The notes under the pieces: model-generated
The model's input: the letters and a program-made list of their open reading frames with translations, nothing else
What the model was told of the DNA's origin: nothing
Databases searched by the model: none
From: Azolla caroliniana
Lineage: Eukaryota; Plantae; Polypodiophyta
Reading direction: 5' to 3'
Assembly: GCA_043228905.1 (NCBI GenBank)
Contig: JBHGNT010000013.1
Span: 12,772,001-12,836,000, forward strand
DNA: 64,000 nt
Shown: in pieces, positions 11,575 to 25,367 of the stretch
Numbering within the stretch: the stretch's first letter is position 1
Layout of the letters: each line of letters opens with the position of its first letter
Program-made: the position numbers and the translations under genes

Positions 11575-12037
11575 ACACATATCAGTACTGTATGTATGTA
11601 TGCATGCTATGTAATGTATATCATATACATATGTATCATTATGTATGTACTGTATAGGTATAACCTATACATATCATATATGTATCAGTATGTATGTATG
11701 TATGTATGTATGTATGTATGTACTGTATAGGTATATCAATATGTATATGTATGTATGCACCTATCTATCTATGCATGCATGTATGTATATACATAATTAA
11801 AATTGTGTGTGTATGTACTTTGTATATGTATGTATGTATATATAATTAAAGTGTGTGTGTGTGTGTGTGTGTGTGTACATATATGTATGTATGATTGATG
11901 TATGTAATGTAATGTGTATGTATCATGTAATTTAGGTTGTTTGACAATAAGGTAATAAACTCACTAGCAAATGGGCACATAGATTCAAAAATGTATATGT
12001 ATGTATGTATAATGTAACAATGCGTGTAATTGATTAA

Positions 12038-12085
<48 letters not shown>
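11575..12085. repeat. Compound (TATG)n/(TG)n/(CT)n microsatellite upstream of kinase 2
   Basis: Directly visible runs. Confidence 0.9.
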
Positions 12086-12089
<4 letters not shown>

Positions 12090-13887
12090 TCATCGGCCGA
12101 TCATAATTCCCATTGTCTCAATGCCGACGATTCAACCCCCCCCCCCCCTCGTAGTCAATATCCTAGGAAGCTTGGACTTTTTAAGAGTAGCCTCCTGACG
12201 ACGTTCATGACACGTATTATAATAGAGCTCGTTAGTTAAGTCATTGTCATACATTTTTTTGCTGGATCGATAATGCAAGGGGGCCTTCCATCATATATCC
12301 ACTTCTGGCGTGGCCCATATCACAGATCATACTTGCTTGCTAGAGAGGTTTTCTTGAAGAGAGGCGAAACACGATGGTGAAGAGGAAGGGGGAGGGTGGG
12401 AGGGGGGGGGGATATTGAGTATGACCCGCATGTTTCGGAGGCGAATGATTGACTTTAGCATGTGCAACTTGCTCAAAAGCTTCTGTTCTACTATGCTCTT
12501 ATTTACGACAAGTCCATGAGATGAATGAAATCAACAATGATTAGTTAGTAGGTATTTTGAAAACATAATTGGGGAGATCATTTATGACCATACAACCATA
12601 AGGGGCGTAAATTGAACGCCCTCATGGATGATAGCTAAAATGAGTGCCTCTGTGAAATTCAACTTTGGTCTTCCCTTCTCTCTCATCTATGTAGAAGCCC
12701 CCACATTGATGAAAGAATTCTGACCTCTCCTTGTTTTCCCACTTTCACATTCACTTTTTTGTAGGGCTTTGTTTGAATAGTTCGATGTCCCTCAGCTTCT
12801 ATCGTACTACGTTTGGGAGGAGTTCCCCATCTTGAAATGAGGATGATGGTGACTATTTCTTGGATTGTTGAACCTTTCTTTATGACGAAAACCCCCACCA
12901 ATTATCAACCCCCACCAATTATCAACCACCATTACCCACTTTGTGATCTCACATTATCATATCAAGCCCACCCACTCTCGTACATTTCTAGAGCCTTTGA
13001 ATTTACATTTTCCCTCTGTCTAACAAAATGATAGAAAGATCAAGAGTTGGCATGTAATGTACAGTACAAGTAATGCCAATGTTTTTTGACAAAAGTGCTA
13101 GAAATTTTGGCAACCATTAATTCAAGCTAAACTATGTCGAAAAAGACAAATTTTTTTAATGGCAAGGCCATGTTTCTTTTTTATCTTTATCATTATATCA
13201 AAGTTTTTATGCATTTTCTAGAGGATATATCTTTGTTACGGAATATTTAGCATAAGGGCATTGCTGAAATTTTTGATAATAAAAAAATTGCAAGACTTTG
13301 TTTTTTTATATGAGCACCTATTTTTGAAAGTATCTATCCACGTTTTGAAATCACCAAAATGCCCCTAGCACCCAAAGAAATGCTTTATAAAATAAACATA
13401 GGAACACAATATCAAAACTTATTTACAAAAATATCCTATAAACCAAACGTAATCCAATCTAAACTCAATTTTAATTGCCAAGTTTCCAATACACAAACCA
13501 TAAATACCGCTCATAATTCAATAAGGAGATTAAAGAAGCAAAATAATCATTGAATTAGAGCCTACAACTGCAAGCATTGTGTCCCTTCCCTGTGGCATCC
13601 ACTACATTGTTGTTCTCCCTCACACCTTCTCTTGTGTGTTTGTGTTTGGTTTTTGCACGTACAAGAGGTTTGCATGTGCCTAATGGTAACAAATCTCCGA
13701 TAACATTACCACGTGTTAAAATGAAAATGAATATTGGTTGCATGTAAATGTCAAAACATAATTGCAATGAATATATGTTGAATGCATAAGATTGTGCATT
13801 GTATTTTATAAGCATACAAGATATTGTTAGGTAAGCCCATATCTTCTCATGTTTCATAAACAATCCTAATGTATGCCTAAGGATGGA

Positions 13888-14240
13888 TGTTAAGAGTCTA
13901 TTACTAATCAATCGACCAAAGTAAAGTAAACGAAGGAAAATAGATTGGATAGAAGAACCTATTCCACCCGACCACCCTCGAGCTATGATATAGACATAGC
14001 CAACCTACCACCGATGTCCCATACCACCGGATATTAGGATGACTAATACCTTGGAAGAGATAAACATGATCGTCGAGACGAAGCCTAGCCCGCACCACCA
14101 GTGTCTAAATCATGATAGTGCATGCACCTATCATTCCTTCTATCCAATCACATTAGCCCCCTTTTTAACATTAGTGAACATACCCTTCACTAATGTAAAT
14201 ATTAGTGACCTACCCTCACCAACGTTATGTGTACATAACA
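13888..14240 (-). repeat. 3' LTR of element B
   Basis: Follows the PPT, has TGTTA...TAACA termini, and shares ggtggtatgggac and gggtggtcgggtgga with the A LTR. Confidence 0.75.
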
Positions 14241-15007
14241 TACTCCCCTACTTTAAAAGATTGCACTCTTGCAATATAAAGTGAGGAAATTGTGCCTTAA
14301 GAGTATGCTCGGGTTCCCATGTGGCATCATCAATAGGTTTATCCATACATCATTCCTTCTATCCAATCACATTAGCCCCCTTTTTAACATTAGTGAACAT
14401 ACCCTTCACTAATGTAAATATTAGTGACCTACCCTCACCAACGTTATGTGTACATAACATACTCCCCTACTTTAAAAGATTGCACTCTTGCAATATAAAG
14501 TGAGGAAATTGTGCCTTAAGAGTATGCTCGGGTTCCCATGTGGCATCATCAATAGGTTTATCCATACATCATTCCTTCTATCCAATCACATTAGCCCCCT
14601 TTTTAACATTAGTGAACATACCCTTCACTAATGTAAATATTAGTGACCTACCCTCACCAACGTTATGTGTACATAACATACTCCCCTACTTTAAAAGATT
14701 GCACTCTTGCAATATAAAGTGAGGAAATTGTGCCTTAAGAGTATGCTCGGGTTCCCATGTGGCATCATCAATAGGTTTATCCATACATCATTCCTTCTAT
14801 CCAATCACATTAGCCCCCTTTTTAACATTAGTGAACATACCCTTCACTAATGTAAATATTAGTGACCTACCCTCACCAACGTTATGTGTACATAACATAC
14901 TCCCCTACTTTAAAAGATTGCACTCTTGCAATATAAAGTGAGGAAATTGTGCCTTAAGAGTATGCTCGGGTTCCCATGTGGCATCATCAATAGGTTTATC
15001 CATACAT
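14130..15007. repeat. Four tandem copies of a 219-bp unit spanning the chromodomain end, PPT and LTR start of element B
   Basis: The unit cattccttctatcc... recurs at 14132, 14351, 14570 and 14789. Identical translated ORFs occur at 14321, 14540 and 14759. Confidence 0.97.
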
Positions 15008-16791
15008 TGATCTTGAATAGCTGAATCTCTTTAGAACGTAAACATTTAGTACAAGAATCGAGAATTCGTTCAAGAACATGAGGTTTGTAAGAAAAATCCT
15101 CTAATGTTACAAGATCTTGGGTTGTGATGGTGTTAGCACCAGAGCCTAAAAATGGTTTTAGAAGACTGACGTGAAAAACAGAATGAATACCAACGTTACA
15201 GGGTAAGGCAAGGTGATAAGCAGATAACCCAACTCTCTTAAGGATTTTAAATGGGCCAATATATCGTGGGGCTAACTTAGCGCACCTGCTCGTAGACAAT
15301 GACGTAGAGTTAGTAGGGACACACAAAAAAACTTTTTGACCAATAGTAAATGCACGAGGACGTCTCTCATGATTAGCATAAAATCGAGCATGATCGTGAG
15401 CTGTCTTGACATTTTCTTTGGCAATATGCAACATTTGGTTCATGTCTTGCAAAAAATTGCGTGTACTGTCTAATGTATCATGATGAATCGTGACATCGAC
15501 CGGGGCATGTGGTTGAAAACCATACATCAACATAAAAGGACTATATCCAGTGGATGTATGTTTAGAGCTATTATAGGCAAATTCTAAGATAGGAAGGTAT
15601 TGCTCCCACTTAGAAGGGGTTTTTGCTACATAAGCTTGAAGCATGTCCTCAATAATTTGATTAACTCGTTTAGTTTGTCCATCAGACTAAGCATGATTTG
15701 CGGAAGTCATGCTCAACGTAGTTTCTAGTTTCTTAAAGACTTGAGTCCAAAAGTCACTAATAAACTTGGAATTTTGATCACTAACAATATCTACTGGTAA
15801 TCCATAAAAACAAAATAACTCATGAACAAATTGATAAGCTGATTGTTGAGTGGTTACCGTGGTTTTGGTAGGAATAAATCTAGCCAATTTTGTTAATCTG
15901 TCAACGACCCAAATGGCATCATGAACCCTCTGTGTACGAGGTAAACTAACAATAAAATCCATCGAGATACATTCCCATTTGTTGTTGGGAATATCTAAGG
16001 GATGTAAAAACCCAACAGCTTTAAGTTGTTCCGACTTATTAATTTGACATTTTAAGCATTGAGTTACGTATTTATGCACGTCAAAGCACATCTTAGGCAG
16101 AAAAAAGTACTCAAGATGAGAGCGAGTGTGCATTGTATTCTAGGATGACCAACAGATGGTGCATCATGACATTCATGAAGAATTTTCTGTTTTACGTTTG
16201 GTAAATTTGGAACAGAGACCTTTCCACTACGGTAGAGCAAACCATTTGTAATGTGAAAGGTTGCCTTCAAGGGTAACGACATCTAAACCAGATTGGGCTT
16301 TCATCCAGTATTTTGAGAAATAACTGTCATCAAGGTATTTCCCTCGAAGGTGATCTAAACGATCAGATTTTATTTCCGTGAAGGTAAGCATGTTAACTTC
16401 TTTAATGCAACTAAGAGCATCTGCAACGGTGTTCATAGAACCCTTGCGATATCGTATGAAAAAATCAAAATCTTGCATAAGGTCAGCCCAACGGCCTTTA
16501 CAACCAACAAGTTCTGGCTGGTCACAAAAATACTTCAATGATTGATGGTTTGTTGTAACCACAAATTTATATCCATAGAGATAGTGCTTCCATGTTTTAA
16601 GTGCATGTATTATCGGAAACAACTCTTTCTCTTGAACCGAATACTGAGATTGAGCAACATCAAGCTTCTTTCATTCAAAAGCAATAGGGTGACCGCCTTG
16701 ATAAAGAACGACACCAATAGCATAATCACTAGCATCGGTTTCGATTGAGAAAGGCCTAGAAGGGTCCGGTAATAGAAGAGTGGGAGCCTGA

Positions 16792-17250
16792 TGTTACGGG
16801 CATGACCATTTAATATCCCGTGGTGAGAATTTACCGTAGTATTCTATACACGTGGATAAGTGTGAGGGTTAAACGAGAGTGTAAAGAAGGGGAGGATTAC
16901 TTTTAATCCTCGGGATTAAGACAACCCATTAGGTCAAGTGTGAACTTGCCTGGGGGCCTTGGGTATCGCTATAAATAAGAGGCCTAGCTACCCTCATTTG
17001 ATCATCTTTTGACTACATCGAGACTCTGCTCTTGTGGTGGGTCAACTCTTGTAGCGAGCGCGCCAGCACCAGGTACGACTTGACGCCACAGCGGTGGTAT
17101 GGGACGCCGATCGAGGCTCGAGTCCGTCTCGATCCCTTCGCTCGGGGGTGGTTGGGTGGATCGGCACCCACCCTTCTTTCTCTTTCTCCTTTCTATCTAT
17201 CATTAGTTTATCCTTATCTTAAGCTTACTTTAGTACCTAGATCTCTAATA
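16792..17250 (+). repeat. 5' LTR of element A
   Basis: Direct repeat of 27397-27851; starts TGTTAC; TATA-like ctataaata. Confidence 0.95.
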
Positions 17251-17252
17251 TT

Positions 17253-17264
17253 TGGTATTAGAGC
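17253..17264 (+). promoter_or_regulatory. Primer-binding site, tRNA-iMet type
   Basis: tggtattagagc has one mismatch to the canonical TGGTATCAGAGC and lies 2 nt after the LTR. Confidence 0.85.
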
Positions 17265-20200
17265 TATGTACTAATGTTTCTTTGTTTGTCTTTTGTCTTT
17301 TGATTGATGGTGATCGATCGATGTGCGGTCGGCCTTGATCCAGACAACGATCAACAAAGAACTTCGGTAACTCTTTCCGTAATTTTTTTTTTCTATTCTC
17401 TCTTCTCCCATCTAATCATGTGTTTAGTTTATATGTCTTTTTTTTTCATTAAGTCAATGATGTTGTAGTGGTCTTTAATTGATTATCTAAAACGTTTACA
17501 TATGTGCACGAGGTCAATACCTCGTTTGACATATAAATAATATGTGATGAGTGTCGTATGCGTACGAGGTTAATACCTCAATTACGTATTACGTTCACGA
17601 ACATATGTTACGTTTGCGTATGAGTTTAATACCTTGATTTGTTGTAAAGGATATGCGTTTGGTCTCGTATGCGTAAGAGGTCAATACCTCAATTGCGTAT
17701 TACGATGATCTCTTATTTGTGGATGTTTCATGTGCGTAGAGGTATATACCTCGATTACGTATCTCGATAACATCATTTGTGGCTATTTAATATAACGATA
17801 TGTTTAATATAGGCATATGTGGTCACGTATATACGTATTTGATCGTATATATGTGATAAGTAAACATATGTGTATATTCGTTATTACGTGATTATATCGA
17901 AAGTTGTCCTTGTCGGGAAAAGGATGTTGGTGGCCGTCCTCACATTTTTGTGAGAATGGCGTTGTCACCATCCCTTTTTCAACAATTTTTGATTGTTGAC
18001 AATCCCGTTGATGACCTCGATTTCGTTACGTAAAGAAATGCCTATAGCCATAATGATGTTGAGTACGTAGGGCTTGACCCACTTCAAGTGAGGTCGCTCC
18101 AATGACACACGTATCCAACATCCCTCCCTCGTTACATGGATACGATGCCACCATGAGCTCGTTCTTACGAGAGGCATTCGTAATAACGTGACCATGTGAT
18201 GGGCCACGTGGGCCTACTACGAAACGAGGGCTCATTTGGCTTGACCATTAGGTTGCACTTTGGCGTATGCCATCGTAATTATGAGACTTGAGGTTAGGTA
18301 ACGTACCAACATAGTTTTGGTAAATGAGGGCGAAATAAGGACCCTTGACATATATGTTCTTTTAAAAAAAACATATATGATCAAATGCTTCACATATCTC
18401 TTATATGCATCAAACATTAAGCATTCGAGAAGAGCAACTTACTTGGTTGGCTCAAGTTTTAATGTATTTGTTCTCGAGGTCTCGAGTTCAAATCTGACCA
18501 AGACCATACAACATCCTTGATACATATGACTATAACACATGTTTAGACTTAAGGTCTAAGTGCACCTCGGGGTCCTCGTAATAGGATTTAAAGAGCCGAA
18601 ACCACATATGTGGGCAAAGAAACATAGTTTATTGTTAACATTTTTTTCATGTATAAACTACTCATGACGTGAACATACATGGTTGAGCCTCGGGGAGCCG
18701 CCATGAAAAAATCGATATAGAGATCAGGGAAAGACATTAAATTGTCACCCCCATGGTTTTTAAAACACCTTTTTGTTACCATAGTAACCTGATCTTGAAC
18801 CTCATCTCATACTTCTAGAGGGGTATTGACGTGAGATCATGATATCGATTAATGTTTGCCCATGATATGTTTACATCAGGACATGATGTTATGACTATCT
18901 CTCTGACCTTATCCTATTTCTTTTCTAGAAATAATCTTTAATGGCTCAAATTAACGATCCGATGTCATCCGCTCAAGCGGAAGGAACTCAAGGGAATCCT
19001 CCTAGACAAATGTCCACTGAGATGTATTTGGCACAAATAACCCAATACCTTAGTTTCACCGCTCAACAGATGACCGAACTTCGGCAATCTCAGAATGCTC
19101 TTGAGGCACGTGTCATTAGTCTACAACGTGAGACTAATAGACCTGATGAGGGACAAGGTGAACCATCATTTGTTGTTAAGCCATTTACGAGAGACAAAAA
19201 GGAAAGAACCGAAGAAGCAATCTGCACATGGCTGGGACGATGGGAGTCTCATTTTGAGCTCTATCCCATGCCAGATAGTACGAAGATTTCATATGTTGGC
19301 CGAGAACTCGGGGGTAAGGCCGCCGCCTGGTGGCATGGGCTCCGTACTATGGGGAAATTGCCCGATACCTGGACAGATTTTGTCACGGTTTTTAAGGGCC
19401 AATTTCTGCAACCTCCCTCTCGAACCGAGGCAACACAAGCTTTAATGAACCTCTCTAGCAGGAAGTTTTCCTCGCTAGAAGAATATGTCCACCATGCTAG
19501 AACCCAAATCCAAAAATCGGGTCTAGAAGGGGACAACTGGTTAATAGCTTGTTTTGTCAATGGCATCCCCAATTCGGACTATCATTGGATAGTGCACGAT
19601 AAGGATCCAAAATCCTTCGAAGAGGCTGTTGAAATAGTTCTTCGCTATCAACGCACTTCGAAGGACCACAACAAACCCAACGAAGCGCTCGGGACTAAGC
19701 AGTCACAATTTGTTGGGAAACGCAAGACACCCAACGAATTCCTAGATCGTGATTGTAAGCGACAACATCCTTTTTGCGTATTCTGCAAAAAGAAGGGTCA
19801 TACAAAAGATCAATGTCGAAAGCTCCAACGGAAAGAGCACGACAACAAAGCTAAAGCTGCAAACCATAAAGGTCAGATTCCTAATGTCCTTCAGGTCTAT
19901 ACACATCATTTAAGTAATTGTCAATGTTCTTTCCCTCACTATGTATTGGGTCCCAATGATTTACTACGTGCAAACGGGTATATCAATGGATCTCCCGTAC
20001 AATTTTTATTTGATTCGGGAAGCTCACACAATTTTGTGAATGATCGTTTGGTTTAAATATGGGGAATCCAACCCACCGTAAGTGATCACACCTACACGGT
20101 GCACTTGGCTGATGGAAGAGTACAATACATCAACGGGGCGATTCATTCATTAGGAATTTCTATTGATACTTATATGGAGGAAGTAGACTTCCATGTAATG

Positions 20201-23200
20201 AATCTTTGTACCACCGATGTAATACGGGGTTATCCCTAGTTTTATAATAAAAACTCTTCTTTATCTATTGATTGGGTTCATCATTCAATTACATTTGTAC
20301 TGAACGATTGTACTTATTTTATTCAATGTGTAAAAAAACAATCCCTCTCGATTGTTTCCTCGTGTCCGTCAATATCCGAGCTGTCTTGTTCTACTCTATT
20401 TTATTGTGTACTTGATCCGGACATTCACGTTTATAATATCGATAATGTCTCAGTTCAATTAACATATTTTGAACAACAACAACTTGATGAAATCTTAAAT
20501 GATTTTCGTGATGTTTTTCCGAGTGAACTACCCGATGGCTTACCTCCTAAACATAATATAGACCATCGTATAGATATTGTACCTGGTGTTGCACCAATAA
20601 GTATACCTCCTTATCGCTTAAGTCGATCCAAAGAGGATGAGGTATCTAAGCAACTCAAGGACTATTTACGAATGGGTTATATACGTTATAGTAAATCTCC
20701 ATGGAGTGCACCAATTCTCTTGGTTAAAAAGAAAGAGGGCACATGGTGTATGTGTATTAATTACCGACGCTTGAATAAAGTGACGATCAAGAATTCGTAT
20801 CCATTGCCCCGTGCTGGCGATCTAATTGACCGTCTCCAGGGAGCTTGGTATTTTACGAAACTTGATCTCCGTACTGGCTACCATCAAATACGTATAAGTG
20901 AGGACGATGTTCCTAAAACAACATTTCGTACGCGCTATGGCCATTATGAGTTTTTGGTTATGCCTTTTGGTTTGACCAATGCTCCGGCTACATTTCAACA
21001 AGAAATGAATGACATTTTCCGAGAACAACTTGGAAAATTTGTCGTTATTTTCTTGGATGATATTTTAGTTTATAGCCGTACATTACAAGAACATGCTAAA
21101 CATGTCTGCTTTGTTTTACAAACATTGCGTGACAAACAGTTTTACGCGAAGATCTCAAAATGTGAGTTCTTCAAGAAATCAATTACTTATCTTGAACATC
21201 TCATAACCGAACGAGGAGTTGAAATTGATCCTTCTCGCATTGAGAAAATCAAGCTTTGGCCCACTCTTCGGAATATTTGAGAAGTTCGATCATTCCTTGG
21301 TTTTGTCGGGTTTTTGCGAAAATCTCTTCGTAATTACTCCCAATTGACAACGCTGTTTACTGATCTTTTAAAAGGTCAAACGCGTAAGTCTACAAAACCT
21401 ATTGTGTGGAATGCTACACTCGACCTTGCCTTTAAGGAACTCAAGGACCTGGTTTGCAAGGCTCCTTCACTTCTTTTACCTGATCCTTCAAAACTTTTTG
21501 AGGTTGAAACCTATGCAACCGATTATGCTATAGGTGTTGTCTTGTATCAAGATGGTAAACCAATAGCATTCGAGAGTAAGAAACTTGATTCTGCTCAATG
21601 TCGGTATACCGTTTAAGAAAAGGAATTATTTGCAGTTATACATGCGCTCAAAACATGGCGCCATTATCTTTATGGAAATTGCTTTGTGGTAACTACGGAC
21701 CACGAGTCCTTGAAATATTTTTGTGACCAACAAGACCTAAAAGGTCGTAAGGCACGATGGGCTGATCTCATCCAGGACTTTGATTTTTCCATACGATATC
21801 GTAAAGGTTCCATGAACACTGTCGCTGATGCATTAAGTCGCATTCGTGAAGTTAACATGCTTAGCTTCACTCAAATAACATTAGATCTTTATGATCACCT
21901 TCGAGGAAAGTATCCTGATGACAGTTATTTTGCAAAATACTGGGCAAGAGTTGAGTCTGGAACAGACACCACCACATCCTCGAAGGAATACTTCCACATT
22001 GCTAACGGTTTGTTCTACCGTAATGGGAAGGTTTGTGTTCCAGATTTACCCGAGGTCAAAAAGAGGATTCTTTTTTAATGCCATGATGCACCCTTAGCAG
22101 GGCACCCTAGAATACATCTTACACTCGTTCTCATCTCCACTCAATTTTATTGGCCTAAGATGCGTCCTGACATACATAGCTATGTGACTAAATGTCACCA
22201 GTGTCAGGTTAACAAAGCCGAGCGACTTAAAGCCGCAGGACTTTTACATCCCTTGGACATTCCCAATAATAAGTGGGAAAGTATATCCATGGATTTTATT
22301 CTTAGCCTTCCTTGCACCCAAAAAGGTCATGATGCCATCTGGGTTGTCGTTGATCACCTAACTAAAATGGCCAGATTTATTGCTACTAAAACCACGGTAA
22401 CAGCTCCTGAATTGGCTTACCAATTCGTTGATGAATTATTTCGTTTTTATAGGTTACCGATGGATATCGTGAGTGATCGAGATCCAAAGTTTACTAGTGA
22501 CTTCTGGACGCAAGTCTTTAAGAAGTTAGAAACTACGTTGTCGTGAAGAAAACCGCCCACAAGAGGAATCGGAGGAACAAGGCGTGGGAAACGGCTCTGC
22601 ACACACGCGCGCCAAGAAGTACATACGAGGATCCTAGGTGGGTAGATTCGGGGGTATGCAGTTAATGCCAAACGGCCTCTTGACGGGCTATAAAAGGAAG
22701 AGGAAGAATAGAAGTGGGGATCTCGCGCGGAGAGGACGAAGTGCTGCCGGACCGTTTCTGGGCGTTTCTCTCTCTCTCTCTCTGTGTTTCCTTCCTTCTC
22801 GAGCTCCATAGCTTCTGTGCAGGGTTCTGAGGAGGCTCGCGCTGTTTCGAGGAACGCCCGAGTGCTTCCGGCAGCACCTCCGACCTGCTACCCCGTTTGT
22901 GTTTCGAAGCGAACAGGCATCGGCATCTGTTCGCCGGCCTGTTCGGTTGTAAACAACCTGTGCCCCATCGAGGGTTGTAGTCGTGTTAGCCATTTTTGTT
23001 AATACACTTATTTAGTCATTCGCATCTGTCTGTGTCGGTGTCTGTTCGCGTTCTCCGTGCTGAAGGGCCGTGTCCCTGCGTATCCCCGGTCCTGCGTAGC
23101 CGGTTCTCTCTCTTTCTCCTCCCTTGCTTGCTCTTTGGTTCGAGACCCCCGCGGTCCCGCCTCATTTTCACACGCACTTGCGTAATTATCTCGACATCTT

Positions 23201-23218
23201 TGGTGAACCCGACGTGAA
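23201..23218 (+). promoter_or_regulatory. Primer-binding site complementary to tRNA-Trp
   Basis: tggtgaacccgacgtgaa is the reverse complement of the plant cytosolic tRNA-Trp 3' end (...UUCACGUCGGGUUCACCA, recalled) and lies 4 nt after the LTR. Confidence 0.85.
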
Positions 23219-23240
23219 AGAGGCGGCAGAAGAGCAGGAA

Positions 23241-25367
23241 ATGAGGGGGTCGGATCTCGCAGAGGCCATGGCTTCGGCCGTGGATCGGATTGTAAACGCG
23301 CGCGAGAGCACCGGTGCCCTCGACAGAGCTATTGAGGCGGTCGTCGGCACGATCGGCCGGTTCGATGGGAAGGATGCCACGAAGTATTTGGCGTCCTACG
23401 GTGCAGAGATACTGATGCGGGACATTCCGGAAGAAAGGCGTCTTGCCGGATTTCCCCGAGTGGCGATGCCGAGCATCCACGCGGAGGTGCTCGAGGTACG
23501 GACGGAGAGCCGTACCTGGGAGGAGTTCGAAGGTCGGCTCCTAGAGAAATACGGGCTGGACGACGCGCTCCGGCTTTCGAAGCGAAGGTTCATGGAATGG
23601 GTGGAGTCCCCGGGAAAGGGAAGAAACGCGTCGGCGCTCCTCCGGGAGTTCGAGGAGAACTTCGCACGCCTTTCGGCGCTTGACAGGATGGTCCTGGATA
23701 CAAGCCGGGTCCTGCTGTTCGTCAAATCGGTTGACGAGAGGGATCGGAGTCACGTGGGCGCCCTGCTAGAAACCGAAGACGGGCTCACTACCGACTGGGC
23801 GGCTGTCAGGAAGGTCTGTGGCCGTTTCGACAAACGGCGAGAATGGGCGGATGACGGTGTGACCGGGTCGGGCTCGGTCGCAGCAAGGAAGTTCGAACCA
23901 GCGCCACGGGTGCGAAAGGAAGGGACCGGAGAGTGGTTGGACACCGGTTCGGCTTCGACCGGCGTAGTCACAGGCTCAACCGGAGGAGCGGCGCTGGAGG
24001 AATTGACAAAGGCGATAAAGGACCTCCAAATCGCGCAGGCCCGAAGGGAAGGAGGCGAACCGGCTCGTGACCGACGGCCGGCGGCAGGAAACAGGTGCAT
24101 GTGGTGCGATGAAGTCGGCCACATTCGGAAGGACTGCGGCGACTTCGCGGAGGCGCTGAGGAACAGGGTGGTGTACCTGTGGGAAGGACGGGTGCATGCC
24201 AGTGACACCCGAAGGGCCCTGAGCCGAAACGATGGAAAGGGCGGTATGAAAAGGGTGATGGAAGAGGCGGCGGCCCGACACGCGGAAACCGTCCACTACT
24301 CGGCGTCAGCCGGCATTCGAGTCGGGGGCGGCGAGGCCCGAAGGGAAAGCGAAGCCGGATTCTGGCCGACGATGCTGGGAGGCCTTGCCGGTGCAGGGCT
24401 TAAAAGGGAGGAATCGGACCGTGCGGAGAAACGGGTACGGGAGATGACCGGGTGGAGCGACCCGGTCGAGGAGAAGACGGGCTTCGTGGAAGCCGCTTGC
24501 CGGAACTACGAGGCTCTGGTAGAAGAGAAGCGGGTGGGGAGACCCGGGACGACCGGGCCCTCACAACGATACGAGACCCGGTCCGGGCCGCGACGGGACG
24601 AAGCCGGCGGGGCCGGTACGCGAGATAAACCCCAGAAGGGCGGGTACCGTCTGGGGACGGAGATAGAAAGAACCACGGACTTACGAAAGGTCCTGGAGGA
24701 ACGGATCCTCGACAGCAAGGTGGAGCTGTCGTTACGGGAGGTGCTGGGAATCGCCAAGAAGGAGTTCCACGACTCCATCGTGGACTTGGTGAAACGGAAG
24801 AGGCTGTCGACGGAGACAGAACCGGAAAGACCGGTGGAAGTGCGGACGACGCACCTAGACGACATGGCGCTGGGAGACGAGTGGGCGGAAAGCCACTATT
24901 CGAGACCACACTGGGCCCGAGCGACCACGGAAACCCCGGTGAAGATCGGCGATGTCCAGGAACCGGTGATAGCTTTGGTGGACCACGGATCGGAGATCAA
25001 TTTGATGTCCATGGACTTCTATAAGAAGGGCAAATGGCCGATCAACACCAAGCACGGGTGGAAAATAAGGGCAGCAACGCGCGCCACCGAGGAACTGCAC
25101 GGGGCCTGTCCGAATGTGCGGGTCAAGATTGGCGACGTCGAGATTGACCAACACTTCTTCGTGCAGGAGACGTCTTCGCACCCGGTCATTCTGGGAGAAC
25201 CGTACATTACGGCGGCGTGGATGGAGACCAAAGTGCTGGACAATGGTTCGGCCTACGCGAGGGTCAAAAGCCAAGACGGGCGCCATTCGGTCCAGTTTCT
25301 GACGGTAAGACCGAACCACGAACGTAACCGTGATTCCCTCGGTTCCGAAAACCGAGAGGATTTTTAG
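23241..25367 (+). CDS. Intact Gag-aspartic protease polyprotein of element C (708 aa)
   Basis: Uninterrupted ORF from the first ATG after the PBS. Zinc knuckle CMWCDEVGHIRKDC; protease motifs ALVDHGSEINLMS and VILGEPY. Confidence 0.88.
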   Translation: MRGSDLAEAMASAVDRIVNARESTGALDRAIEAVVGTIGRFDGKDATKYLASYGAEILMRDIPEERRLAGFPRVAMPSIHAEVLEVRTESRTWEEFEGRLLEKYGLDDALRLSKRRFMEWVESPGKGRNASALLREFEENFARLSALDRMVLDTSRVLLFVKSVDERDRSHVGALLETEDGLTTDWAAVRKVCGRFDKRREWADDGVTGSGSVAARKFEPAPRVRKEGTGEWLDTGSASTGVVTGSTGGAALEELTKAIKDLQIAQARREGGEPARDRRPAAGNRCMWCDEVGHIRKDCGDFAEALRNRVVYLWEGRVHASDTRRALSRNDGKGGMKRVMEEAAARHAETVHYSASAGIRVGGGEARRESEAGFWPTMLGGLAGAGLKREESDRAEKRVREMTGWSDPVEEKTGFVEAACRNYEALVEEKRVGRPGTTGPSQRYETRSGPRRDEAGGAGTRDKPQKGGYRLGTEIERTTDLRKVLEERILDSKVELSLREVLGIAKKEFHDSIVDLVKRKRLSTETEPERPVEVRTTHLDDMALGDEWAESHYSRPHWARATTETPVKIGDVQEPVIALVDHGSEINLMSMDFYKKGKWPINTKHGWKIRAATRATEELHGACPNVRVKIGDVEIDQHFFVQETSSHPVILGEPYITAAWMETKVLDNGSAYARVKSQDGRHSVQFLTVRPNHERNRDSLGSENREDF

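Noticed and set aside
14130-15007. CRISPR-like array or repeated 60-aa genes
   Set aside because: Contiguous identical 219-bp units without spacers; the ORFs are antisense to TE sequence.
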